From the NCBI RefSeq assembly GCF_003945235.1, contig NZ_RSDW01000001.1, positions 6,000,001 to 6,032,000 on the forward strand: 32,000 nucleotides of DNA, given 5' to 3'. Below the pieces are notes generated by a model, which searched no databases, had not been told where the DNA came from, and worked only from the letters and a program-made list of their open reading frames with translations. Numbering within the stretch: the first letter of the stretch is position 1; each line of letters begins with the position of its first letter. Below, piece after piece: positions 15,964-24,573 of the stretch. Made by a program: the position numbers and the translations under genes. Source of the DNA: Edaphobacter aggregans (GTDB lineage Bacteria; Acidobacteriota; Terriglobia; Terriglobales; Acidobacteriaceae).

Positions 15964-16676
15964 GATTCAAGGCATGCGCATTCCTGGGAGCTGTTCTGGC
16001 TGTTTCGTCCGGTATTCGGGTAATTGCTCAGACGGCAACGCAACCGATCGATGCAGCTGCGACACACCCCGAGGTAACTTTCAAGTTTGAGCGACCTGGG
16101 CTGGCAGTTCCTCGCTATACGATTCTGTTGCGCGAGGACGGTACCGGCAGGTATCTGGCAGATGAGGCTGTTACGTCGCCGTCGTCTCAATCCAGCTCGG
16201 CCATGCAGTATGCGGGAGGCAAGCACATTGACCGACCGATGACGCTGAGCCCGGCGACGACGGAGAAGATCTTCAAGACGGCGAGGGCGCTCAATTTTTT
16301 CAATGTTGAGTGTGCCTCGAAGGCGAAGAACATTGCCAACACGGGCGACAAGACGCTGAGCTATTCCGGGAATGATGGGAAGGGCTCATGCGAGTACAAC
16401 TACTCGGACAATAAAAGTGTCTCGACGCTGACGGACATGTTCCTTGCGATCGCTTTCACAATGGATGAGGGGCGAAGGCTGGAGTTTCTGCACCGCTATG
16501 ATCGTCTGGGGATGGATGCGGAGATAACCTCGCTGGCAAATGAAGTGCAAGCAGGGCGTGCGATGGAGTTGAGTACGATCGCACCGACACTGGATGCGAT
16601 CGCCGGTGACGCGGCCGTGATGCAGCGGGTACGATTGCGCGCCGAGAAGCTGCTGGAGCAATCAAAGGATAAATAG
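15960..16676 (+). CDS. Hypothetical secreted protein (238 aa)
   Basis: The ATG overlaps the ruvC TGA as ATGA. Signal-peptide-like MRFKACAFLGAVLAVSSGIRVIAQ. No family recognised. Confidence 0.65.
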   Translation: MRFKACAFLGAVLAVSSGIRVIAQTATQPIDAAATHPEVTFKFERPGLAVPRYTILLREDGTGRYLADEAVTSPSSQSSSAMQYAGGKHIDRPMTLSPATTEKIFKTARALNFFNVECASKAKNIANTGDKTLSYSGNDGKGSCEYNYSDNKSVSTLTDMFLAIAFTMDEGRRLEFLHRYDRLGMDAEITSLANEVQAGRAMELSTIAPTLDAIAGDAAVMQRVRLRAEKLLEQSKDK

Positions 16677-16706
16677 AGGGTGCTTCCGGTTGCAGGCTAG
16701 CGTCTA

Positions 16707-18407
16707 ATGCTTAGTGGTGTACGGGGTATTGCCGTGGGAGACTGTGTGGGTTTGCGCTTGGGCCAGAGTTGGATCGTTAGGGTGGGGGTGCTTTGTCTTT
16801 GGCTTGTGGGGGCGGCCTCTGCGGTGCTGGCTTACGATACGCCACCTCAGCGGGCCGCGCGGCTCAGCTATCTGCAGGGCAGTGTTTCTGTGGATCATAT
16901 CGACAATACAGGCGCCGAGCCGGCGCAGGTGAATATGCCGCTGGTTCAGGGGCTGCGGCTGACTACGGGTGACGATGGGCAGGCTGAGATTGAGTTCGAG
17001 GACGGCAGCGTGATTCGGATGACGCCGAACAGCTCATTGAATCTGAACAATTTGAGCGTGGATGGGAGCGCTGATTTTCACACCCAGATTGCTCTGACGC
17101 GTGGATTGGTCTATGCGGAACTAAGATCGGCTCCGAAGTATTCGTACCGAATTTATGCCGGTGGTGACGTGATCTCGCCAGAGGAGAATGTTACGGTTCG
17201 GATCAATCTGGACGAGCCGCCAGCAAAGATTGCAGTGATGACCGGCAGCGCGCATGTGGAGCGTGCTCCTTCGGCGGAGGGGGAGGGAGGGTACCGGGTG
17301 GATGTGCGGGCGGGGGAGACGTTTGCGGCGGATGTCTCGGACTATAGCCGGTACTATCTGACGCATGAGTTATTGCCCGACTCCTGGGATAGCTGGAACG
17401 AGGAGCGCGATCAGGCGGCGGTGGATCAGACTGCGAACCAGACTACGGTGAGGGACAACTTCGCTGGCGATCAGGGCTATGGATGGTCGGATCTGGATGC
17501 CAACGGGAGTTGGTACGACGTTCCGGGGCAGGGACAGGTGTGGCAGCCGGAGGTGGCGGCTGATCCTGATTTTGATCCTTATGGGTATGGGAGCTGGGTG
17601 TGGTCGCCGGGGGCGGGGTATGTTTGGGCTTCGGGGTACGACTGGGGGTGGACTCCTTACCGGTGTGGGAACTGGTCGTATTGGGGTGGGTTTGGCTGGG
17701 GTTGGGCGCCGGGCGCGAACTGCGGCTTTGGGCCAACCTTTATCAACACGGTTTATGTGATCAATATTCTCCGGCCGCCGTTTGGGTATCATCCGCATCC
17801 GATGCCGATTCGGGGGCCGGGTGGGGTGCATCCGATTGTGCCGGTGCGTCCGGCGCGCATTCCCACGGTGCCTCTGGATGAGACGCGGGTGGCGCGCACC
17901 ATCGCGGGGCATACGGTTGAGCCGATGCGTCCGATTGGTAATGCCTATACCTCGCGGGGCGGCAGCGCGGTTGGTGCGTCGCTGGCGCGGGACTTCCCGG
18001 TGGACCGGGTGAACCATCAGCCGGTGATGGGGAACACGCTTAGCTCGACCCAGGCGGGGACGTCTGCCCGTGGTGAGTGGCGTGGGAGTATGGCTTACCG
18101 GTCGAACGATGGGAGCACTCATGTGCCGGGTCAACCGGCTCGTCCGATGCCTCCTGGTGTGCCGGCTGCGCATCCTTCGCAGGGGCAGGTTGAGCCGTAC
18201 CGTACTGCGCCGCGGAGCTATGAGTCTGCACCGCGTTCGATGGCGTTGCCGCCTTCGCGTTCAATGGTGCCTCCTCCGTCGCTTCCGCGGCCAACGTATA
18301 CACCTGCTCCACATCCGAGCTATTCACCGGCTCCGCATCCTTCGTATTCGCCACCGGCGTCTCATCCGGCTCCGAGTGCTCCGGCTACGGCTCCAAGGTC
18401 GCGGTAA
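16707..18407 (+). CDS. FecR-domain protein with Trp/Gly/Tyr-rich middle region and Pro-rich repetitive C-terminus
   Basis: 566 aa with an N-terminal hydrophobic anchor or signal (VGVLCLWLVGAASAVLA). FecR-like segment LSYLQGSVSV...PLVQGLRLTTGDDGQAEIEFEDGSVIRMTPNSSLNL. W-rich block YGYGSWVWSPGAGYVWASGYDWGWTPYRCGNWSYWGGFGWGWAPG. Tail with the tandem repeat PAPHPSYS. Confidence 0.7.
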   Translation: MLSGVRGIAVGDCVGLRLGQSWIVRVGVLCLWLVGAASAVLAYDTPPQRAARLSYLQGSVSVDHIDNTGAEPAQVNMPLVQGLRLTTGDDGQAEIEFEDGSVIRMTPNSSLNLNNLSVDGSADFHTQIALTRGLVYAELRSAPKYSYRIYAGGDVISPEENVTVRINLDEPPAKIAVMTGSAHVERAPSAEGEGGYRVDVRAGETFAADVSDYSRYYLTHELLPDSWDSWNEERDQAAVDQTANQTTVRDNFAGDQGYGWSDLDANGSWYDVPGQGQVWQPEVAADPDFDPYGYGSWVWSPGAGYVWASGYDWGWTPYRCGNWSYWGGFGWGWAPGANCGFGPTFINTVYVINILRPPFGYHPHPMPIRGPGGVHPIVPVRPARIPTVPLDETRVARTIAGHTVEPMRPIGNAYTSRGGSAVGASLARDFPVDRVNHQPVMGNTLSSTQAGTSARGEWRGSMAYRSNDGSTHVPGQPARPMPPGVPAAHPSQGQVEPYRTAPRSYESAPRSMALPPSRSMVPPPSLPRPTYTPAPHPSYSPAPHPSYSPPASHPAPSAPATAPRSR

Positions 18408-18413
18408 TATCCG

Positions 18414-19211
18414 CTACAACGTTGCTGACAGCGCGCGGTAGAGCTCTGCGGTGGGTTCGAGAGCCAAGGACTCCGCGCGTGCCTGCGCGGGGATGCTGGG
18501 GGGCCATGCGGCGGCCATTTGCTGGGGAGTGTAGCCTGCTGCTCGCAGGTTGTTCTGCAGGGTCTTTCGTTTTTGCGCGAAGATCTGCTTGAGGAATGCG
18601 TCGAAGCCTGCGGGATCTACGCCTAATTCTTCGAAACGTGGGGCGAAGCGCAGGCGGAGGACGGTGGAATAGACCTCGGGTGGAGGGGAGAAGGCGGATG
18701 GGGGCAGGGTGAAGAGGTGCTCGACGTCGGCGTTCATCTGGGCTGTGGCCGAGAGCAGGCCGTAGTCGCGGACGCCGGGGGAGGCTGAGACTCGGTCGGC
18801 CACCTCGCGCTGCATCATCACAACGGCTTGGGTAAGGATGCCTGATTGGCCTGCAGCGAAGAGCTGGAGGAGGATGTCTGAGGTGATGTAGTAGGGGAGA
18901 TTGCCGATTACGTCGGCTGTCTCGTTGGCTGACACGAGTTCGCGCAAGTCGGTTTTAAGTATGTCGGCTTCGATGATCTGCACGTTCGACTGGTTTCGGA
19001 AGCGGAAGGCGAGGGCCGGGGCGAGTTCGCGATCCAGTTCGAGTGCGATCAGGTGTTGGCAGCGTTTGGCTAGGATTTCGGTGATGGCACCTTTACCGGG
19101 GCCGATCTCGATGACGGTGCGGTTACCGATGTCGCCGAGGGCGTCGACGATGGCGTGACGGGCAGCGTCGTCGACGAGGAAGTTCTGGCCGAGTTTTGGC
19201 TTGTGCTTCAT
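18414..19211 (-). CDS. rsmA: 16S rRNA (adenine1518/1519-N6)-dimethyltransferase RsmA/KsgA
   Basis: 265 aa. KPKLGQNFLVD, the SAM-binding VIEIGPGKGAITEIL and IGNLPYYITS motifs. ATG confirmed at 19211-19209. Confidence 0.94.
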   Translation of the reverse strand: MKHKPKLGQNFLVDDAARHAIVDALGDIGNRTVIEIGPGKGAITEILAKRCQHLIALELDRELAPALAFRFRNQSNVQIIEADILKTDLRELVSANETADVIGNLPYYITSDILLQLFAAGQSGILTQAVVMMQREVADRVSASPGVRDYGLLSATAQMNADVEHLFTLPPSAFSPPPEVYSTVLRLRFAPRFEELGVDPAGFDAFLKQIFAQKRKTLQNNLRAAGYTPQQMAAAWPPSIPAQARAESLALEPTAELYRALSATL

Positions 19212-19315
19212 GGTGCCCTACTGCTTAGGGTATCCCCCTCCGGTGCTCTTGGTCCTAAAGTATTCTATCCAGATACTTTAAGTCTGGACTTCGGTCTGTG
19301 TGTTGGTTAAATGCG

Positions 19316-19350
19316 AAGAGCCTCGGCCTTGGGCTGAGGCTCTTTTGTTC
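19316..19350 (+). terminator. Terminator-like hairpin with no upstream plus-strand gene
   Basis: AAGAGCCTC (19316-19324) pairs with GAGGCTCTT (19336-19344) around an 11-nt loop, followed by TTGTTCTCT. The minus-strand reading has no U-tract. Confidence 0.35.
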
Positions 19351-19403
19351 TCTGTCTCTATTATAGCGGGGTGAGGGGAAATAATTGGCAGGTGGATGTT
19401 GTT

Positions 19404-19432
19404 GGGGTGGAAGGGGTTAGGGCGGGTTGGGG
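19404..19432 (+). other. Canonical G-quadruplex-forming motif
   Basis: GGGGtggaaGGGGttaGGGcGGGttGGGG: five G-tracts of at least 3 with loops of 1-5 nt. Further GGGG tracts occur at 19368-19378. Located in the rsmA/glgA spacer. Confidence 0.5.
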
Positions 19433-19550
19433 TTGACAGGGTCTCCGCCGGTGGAAGCGGTTGTAAGACATACCCCAGGGGCTAAAACCCCTTTTCTTTT
19501 GCGGCTGATGAGAGGCCCAAGGCTGAAGCCTTGGGTTACCTAGAAGCCAC

Positions 19551-19615
19551 GGCAAGGGCAAAGCAACGGCAAGGGCAAAAGCAACGGCAAGGGCAAAAGC
19601 AACGGCAAAGCAAGC
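19551..19615. repeat. Tandem repeat, about 3.5 copies of GGCAAGGGCAAAAGCAAC
   Basis: Copies at 19551-19567 (17 nt, one A shorter), 19568-19585 and 19586-19603, plus a degenerate partial copy. Flanked by GC hairpins: GGGGctaaaaCCCC (19478-19491), CCCAAGGCtgaaGCCTTGGG (19516-19535) and TCCCCttcGGGGA (19619-19631). Confidence 0.85.
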
Positions 19616-19849
19616 AGGTCCCCTTCGGGGATGACAAGCAAGAAAAGCCAGAGCTCGTTGGCGATTGCGGTGGGGCCTGCTGTGTCTGGGATTTCGTTGT
19701 CGCGGAATTGGTCGATCTTAGGTGCGATAGAACCGCGATGAAGATGCGGCACCCGGTTTTTGTGGCTTGTGGAAAGAATGCGTGGGCTGGCTGACAGGTT
19801 TTTGCATCTGTTTGTATAGACTAACGTTCGGCACGACAAAAGGAAGAGC

Positions 19850-21298
19850 ATGCATATCGTATTTGCAGCATCTGAGTGTTCGCCATGGGCCAAGACCGGC
19901 GGTTTGGCTGATGTGGTCAGCGGGCTGCCGCGAGCCCTGGTAAAGATGGGCCACAAAGTCAGCGTTTTTTTGCCCTATTACCGGCAGGTAGCCAAGGCTA
20001 TGCCGGATGCGAAGGTCGTGCTGCAGAGCGTGACGATTCCGTTCCCGTATTACAACCGGTTTGTGCGGATTCTGGATGGCGGTGTTCATTGGGGCGTCCA
20101 GAACTATTTTGTGGATAGCCCGGAGTTGTTCGATCGGGAGAGTTTTTATGGGACACCGTCGGGCGATTATCCAGACAACGCGGAACGCTTTGGGTTGTTC
20201 AGCCGGGCGGTGATTGAGGCGACGAAGATCATGGGCGTTCCGGACGTGTATCACGTGCACGACTGGCAGGCGGCGATGGTTGCTGTGCTGATGCGTTCTA
20301 CGTACTACTTCGATCCCGTGCTGCGGCATGTTCCTGCTGTACTGACGATTCACAATGCAGGCTATCAGGGATGGTTTCCGCCGCGCACTATCGAGATGCT
20401 GCTGCTGCCGTGGGACATGTTCACTTTCGAGAAGCTAGAGCAAGATGACAAATTCAATTTCTTGAAGGGCGGAATTGTTTATGCAGATGCGCTTACGACG
20501 GTGAGCCGAAAGTACGCCGAAGAGATCCAGACGGCGGAGTATGGCAATGGACTTGAGGGTACTCTGGCGAAGCGCAGCGGCGATTTGTTCGGCATTCTCA
20601 ATGGCGTTGACTATGAGGAGTGGAATCCTGCGACTGACCCTAACATTGCGGCGCACTACTCGGCTGAGAAACTTGCCGGGAAGAAGGAGTGCAGGCGCGA
20701 TTTGCTGCATGCATTCGGCGTTGAAAACGTCAGCGATGAGACGGCAGTGATCGGCGTGGTTTCGCGGTTTGCTACTCAGAAGGGCTTCGACTTCATCGTT
20801 GACATCATGGACCGCCTGGTTCAGGAGGACATCATTCTGCTGATGCTGGGCAATGGCGAGGAGTACTACGAGCGGCTGCTGGTGGAGATGGCCGAACGCT
20901 ATCCGCAGAAGATCCGGGTGCAGGTGAAATTCGACAATGTGATGGCGCACAAGATTGAAGCAGGAGCTGATATGTTCCTGATGCCTTCACGTTATGAGCC
21001 GGGAGGGTTGAACCAGATATACAGCCTGAAGTATGGGACCATCCCGATTGTGCGCGCTACCGGCGGGTTGGATGACACGATTGACGAGCAGCCTAACGGC
21101 GGTGGCAATGGGTTTAAGTTCTGGGGGTATGACTCGGGGGCGTTGCTGGATGCGATTCAACGTGCTCTGGGGGTCTTCCGGAACAAGACGGAGTGGACCA
21201 CGATGATGAAGCGGGCGATGGCGGAGGATTTCTCGTGGGATAAGCCGGCGCAGGAGTATGTGCGGGTGTATGAACGGGTGGTTCACAATCGGAGCTAG
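19850..21298 (+). CDS. glgA: Glycogen synthase GlgA (ADP-glucose type)
   Basis: 482 aa. MHIVFAASECSPWAKTGGLADVVSGLP is the KTGGL motif. The C-terminal FLMPSRYEPGGLNQIYSLKYGTIPIVRATGGLDDTI is typical. AAGGAAG lies 4 nt upstream of the ATG. Confidence 0.95.
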   Translation: MHIVFAASECSPWAKTGGLADVVSGLPRALVKMGHKVSVFLPYYRQVAKAMPDAKVVLQSVTIPFPYYNRFVRILDGGVHWGVQNYFVDSPELFDRESFYGTPSGDYPDNAERFGLFSRAVIEATKIMGVPDVYHVHDWQAAMVAVLMRSTYYFDPVLRHVPAVLTIHNAGYQGWFPPRTIEMLLLPWDMFTFEKLEQDDKFNFLKGGIVYADALTTVSRKYAEEIQTAEYGNGLEGTLAKRSGDLFGILNGVDYEEWNPATDPNIAAHYSAEKLAGKKECRRDLLHAFGVENVSDETAVIGVVSRFATQKGFDFIVDIMDRLVQEDIILLMLGNGEEYYERLLVEMAERYPQKIRVQVKFDNVMAHKIEAGADMFLMPSRYEPGGLNQIYSLKYGTIPIVRATGGLDDTIDEQPNGGGNGFKFWGYDSGALLDAIQRALGVFRNKTEWTTMMKRAMAEDFSWDKPAQEYVRVYERVVHNRS

Positions 21299-21339
21299 GC
21301 GGATTACAGATGGTATAGGGCGTCGGGGCTGTCGGTGGC

Positions 21340-21440
21340 TGAAAGGACTTGAAGGCTGTGGTGAGTGTAAATCTTCGGGGTCCTTCGGCTGCGCTGCGCT
21401 TCGCTCAGGATGACTGGCTTTGGCTGAGGGCAAGAGTTGG
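21340..21440. repeat. Probable copy of a dispersed intergenic repeat in the glgA/permease convergent spacer
   Basis: The minus-strand reading gives ...SHPERSAAQPKDPEDLHSPQPSSPFSH... (track ORF 20987..21433). I recall this frame signature from spurious ORFs over intergenic repeats in Terriglobia genomes. Only one copy lies in this window, so the repeat status cannot be shown here. Confidence 0.35.
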
Positions 21441-21446
21441 AAGAGC

Positions 21447-22820
21447 TTAGGCTGTTCGTCTTCTTTGCAGGAGATAGTGGAGGGGGATTCCGAGCAGGAT
21501 GACTCCTGTGCCGATGAGCGAGTTGCGGGGCTGGTCGGCGAAGGAGAAGACGAGCAGGACGATCGCGGCGAGGATGAAGAGCGCGGGCAGGACGGGGTAT
21601 CCCCAGACGCTGTAGGGGCGTGTGGCGTTGGTCTCGCGGTGGCGGAAGACGAAGACGGTGCTGGCGGTGAGTGCGTAGAAGAACCACTCGGCGAAGATGG
21701 CTAGGGAGAAGAGCGCCTGGAATTTGCCGATGGCTAGGAGCAGGAGTGAGCTGAGCACCGCCTGGAGGATCAGCGCGGTTGAAGGGGTGCGAAATCGCGG
21801 GTGTACGTGGGCGAGCTGCTTGAAGAAGAGGCCATCGCGGGCTGCGGCGAAGGGGACTCGGGCGCCTGAGAGGGATGAGCCTACGAAGGTGGCGCAGATG
21901 CTGACGGCCATGCCGATGGAGACGAGGGCTGCTCCCCAGTGGCCGGCGATCATGCGCATGGCGTCGGCGGCGGGACGGTCGGCGGCGGCTATGGTCGCGG
22001 CGGGCAGGACGTATTGGATGGCTGCGTTGGTGAGCATGTAGAGGCCGCCTACGATGGCGATGCCTCCGACGAGGGCGATGGGCATGCTGCGCTGGGGCCG
22101 CTGGATTTCGCCGGCCATTTGGGTGACGTCGCTCCAGCCGTCGTAGGCCCAGAGGGCGGCGATCAGGGCGATCATGAAGCCGGCGAAGCCTCCGCGTGCT
22201 CCGGTGAACTCGGTGGCGAAGTTTTGCCAGGAGCCGTGAGTGCTCGAACTGAAGCAGAAGGCTGCTATGACTACGATCAGCAGGACCTTGAGCCAGGTGA
22301 GGGCTAACTGCACGTTGCCTGACTTGCGTGTGCCGAGGATGTTGAGGATGGTGATGAGCCACGTCATCGCGATGGCGAAGATCTGGCTCCAGAGCATGCT
22401 GCCGAAGGCCGGCTTGGCGAAGAAGCTGAAGATGGCGAAGGTTCCAAGGACTCGGGCGAGGCCTGCGGCTATGGTGGCGATGGAGGCGGGTTTGGCGACG
22501 GTGATCCATGTCCACATGTAGAGGAAGCCGGTGAGGTCGCCGTAGGCTTCGCGGAGGAAGGCGTACTCACCGCCGTAGTAGGGGCGGGCGGCTGCGATCT
22601 CGGCGTAGGTCATTGAGCCGAAGAGCGAGAGCAGGCCACCGACGATCCAGACGGCGTAGACCATGCGCGACGAGCCGACGGCGGCCATCATCTCGCGCGG
22701 GACCAGGAAGATGCCGCTGCCGATGATAATGCCGACGACGATGGAGGTGGCGTGCGACGCGTTGAGGACGCGGGGTAGCTCTTGCTGGGTTTCTTTCATG
22801 GGTTGCAGGGAGGGTAGCAT
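21447..22820 (-). CDS. APC-superfamily amino acid permease
   Basis: 457 aa, about 12 TM segments. IVVGIIIGSGIFLVPREM and LFGSMTYAEIAAARPYYGGEYAFLREAYG are typical APC N-terminal motifs. An alternative start is the ATG at 22799. Confidence 0.85.
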   Translation of the reverse strand: MLPSLQPMKETQQELPRVLNASHATSIVVGIIIGSGIFLVPREMMAAVGSSRMVYAVWIVGGLLSLFGSMTYAEIAAARPYYGGEYAFLREAYGDLTGFLYMWTWITVAKPASIATIAAGLARVLGTFAIFSFFAKPAFGSMLWSQIFAIAMTWLITILNILGTRKSGNVQLALTWLKVLLIVVIAAFCFSSSTHGSWQNFATEFTGARGGFAGFMIALIAALWAYDGWSDVTQMAGEIQRPQRSMPIALVGGIAIVGGLYMLTNAAIQYVLPAATIAAADRPAADAMRMIAGHWGAALVSIGMAVSICATFVGSSLSGARVPFAAARDGLFFKQLAHVHPRFRTPSTALILQAVLSSLLLLAIGKFQALFSLAIFAEWFFYALTASTVFVFRHRETNATRPYSVWGYPVLPALFILAAIVLLVFSFADQPRNSLIGTGVILLGIPLHYLLQRRRTA

Positions 22821-22843
22821 ATCGCCGGTGGATTGGAGCAGCG

Positions 22844-24436
22844 CTAAATGTAGTGCTTGAGGCTGAGCCAGTCTTCGATGATGTTTTTGTGGCGGTGGCG
22901 GACGAGGTAGATGTTGCGGTGCTCGTAGGGCATGGCATAGGGGTGGTCCATGCGGCCGGCGATCTCGACGGAGTCGTAGAACTTGCGCATCTCTTCGGGG
23001 GAGGCGCCGTTGATGACGATCATGACTTCGCCGGTGTAGCCGTGGGGCCCCCAGAGCCAGTAGTTGTTGTGGCCGCTGATGGCCGTGGGGAGTCCGCGGC
23101 CGAGGAAGTTGATTGCGCTGGCTTCGCCGTAGTTGGAGCCGATGATGCCGACTTTGGCCTGGTCTTCGGGGGAGAGCGAGTTATAGATGCGGGTGACTTC
23201 GTCGACCTCCTCTTGCCAGCCGAAGCGGTCGGCATAGAACTGCGGGAGGGGGCCGACGGCCTGGTTTTCGGTGTTATCGCTGGTGTTGTTGAGATGGAGG
23301 GCCTTAGTGTAGACGATCCATGTTGGCGGGCTGAGGATGGGGATCGCGAGAGGCAGGATGATGGCGCCGACGATGAGGAGCACGCCTTCGAGGACGGGGA
23401 AGGCAAAGACGCGGTTTTGACGAACCCATTGGCGTTTGGCGAACCGCTGCTCCCATGCGATACCGCCGGCTGCGAAGAGGACTGGGTAGATGGGGGCTAC
23501 GTAGTAGTCCTTGGCGTGGAGGGCCATCATGATAGCGAGAAAGAAGAGGTAGGTGAGGCCTAGCCAGCGCCAGGTTTTGGCTTGCGGGTTTCGTAGAAGC
23601 CATACGAGGCCGGCTCCCCAGATGAGCACTGTTGCGGGCTGGAGGTTCAGTATCTGTTTGGCCAGGAAGGGCAGCGGCGCCAGCTTGACGTTCTTGTTCT
23701 CGATCTCGCCGTTGTGGAGGAACTCGAGGGTGGGCCAATGGTTGTGAATCTGCCAGATCAGGTTGGGTAGGGCGATCAGGATCATGAGCGCGATTCCTGC
23801 TGCGGCCCATCGGTTGAAGAGCAGGCGGCGCTGTGGGGTGCATAGAAGGGCTAACAGAAGCGCGATGAGGAAGAAGGTCATCGACGGCTTGTTGAGCAGG
23901 CCTAATCCAGCTAAGAGACCGAAGATGAGCCATAGACGGTTGTTCCAGCCGCGTTGGATGAGGATAAGCAGCATGAGCGAGCGCATCCAGAAGACAGACT
24001 CGAAGGAGTTCATGGAGAGGTAGCTGTCTGTGCCTAGATATTGAGGGGCTACCAGAACGCAGATCATTGCCAATGCCTGCGCGGGTCTGCGCCCGCCGAG
24101 TGACCATGCGAGTAGACCGGTCAGAAGAATGCGCAGGGCTCCGGCGATGGCGGAGAACATTCTGATTCCTGCAAGCGATTGGCCGAAGATCAGTTCTCCC
24201 AATCTGGCCTGGAGTGCAACGAGGGGGCCGTGATCGACGTAGCCCCAGGCGAGGTGGCGTCCGCAGATGATGTAGTAGAGTTCGTCGCGAAAATAGCCGT
24301 AGCCAATGTGCGCCTGCCACATGTTGGCAACGATGTGCAGCGCCAGCTTGATGGCGGCAAAGATCAGGGACAATCGGAGCGCTGCCGACAGTGTCTGGTC
24401 AGTGGGACGAACGACTGTTGTGGCTGTAGCAGGCAT
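22844..24436 (-). CDS. Glycosyltransferase family 39 (ArnT/PMT-like) membrane protein
   Basis: 530 aa, polytopic. YFRDELYYIICGRHLAWGYVDHGPL...MNSFESVFWM resembles the first-loop region of GT39/PMT_2 enzymes. Lies 23 nt upstream of the permease gene. Confidence 0.7.
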   Translation of the reverse strand: MPATATTVVRPTDQTLSAALRLSLIFAAIKLALHIVANMWQAHIGYGYFRDELYYIICGRHLAWGYVDHGPLVALQARLGELIFGQSLAGIRMFSAIAGALRILLTGLLAWSLGGRRPAQALAMICVLVAPQYLGTDSYLSMNSFESVFWMRSLMLLILIQRGWNNRLWLIFGLLAGLGLLNKPSMTFFLIALLLALLCTPQRRLLFNRWAAAGIALMILIALPNLIWQIHNHWPTLEFLHNGEIENKNVKLAPLPFLAKQILNLQPATVLIWGAGLVWLLRNPQAKTWRWLGLTYLFFLAIMMALHAKDYYVAPIYPVLFAAGGIAWEQRFAKRQWVRQNRVFAFPVLEGVLLIVGAIILPLAIPILSPPTWIVYTKALHLNNTSDNTENQAVGPLPQFYADRFGWQEEVDEVTRIYNSLSPEDQAKVGIIGSNYGEASAINFLGRGLPTAISGHNNYWLWGPHGYTGEVMIVINGASPEEMRKFYDSVEIAGRMDHPYAMPYEHRNIYLVRHRHKNIIEDWLSLKHYI

Positions 24437-24573
24437 CAGATCCCCGAAGGTTTAAACAGCATTGCATACGACATAGGTGAGCTTGCGGTTCCTACTGCGA
24501 GTTTTGCCGAGGGTAACAGATTGGGTTTGGCCCGCGTACGGGCTTCTGGAATACATTGATATGGAGGTGAGCG

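Noticed and set aside
17370-18173. 267-aa Arg/Pro-rich minus-strand ORF
   Set aside because: It is antisense to the FecR-domain gene and has an extreme R/P/H composition.
19254-19265. 12-mer CCTAAAGTATTC shared with 25451-25462; each copy sits in an AAAGTAT/ATACTTT hairpin
   Set aside because: A single 12-nt AT-rich match between two intergenic regions is about what chance predicts for a window of this size. The hairpins have opposite arm order, so it is not evidence for a repeat family without genome-wide counts.
19551-19615. CRISPR array
   Set aside because: The 18-nt units are directly tandem with no spacers, and no cas genes are nearby. It is a simple tandem repeat.
21304-22515. 403-aa Arg/Pro/His-rich minus-strand ORF
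   Set aside because: It is an alternative frame of the APC permease gene. The R/P/H-rich composition is a GC artefact, while the permease frame has proper TM segments.
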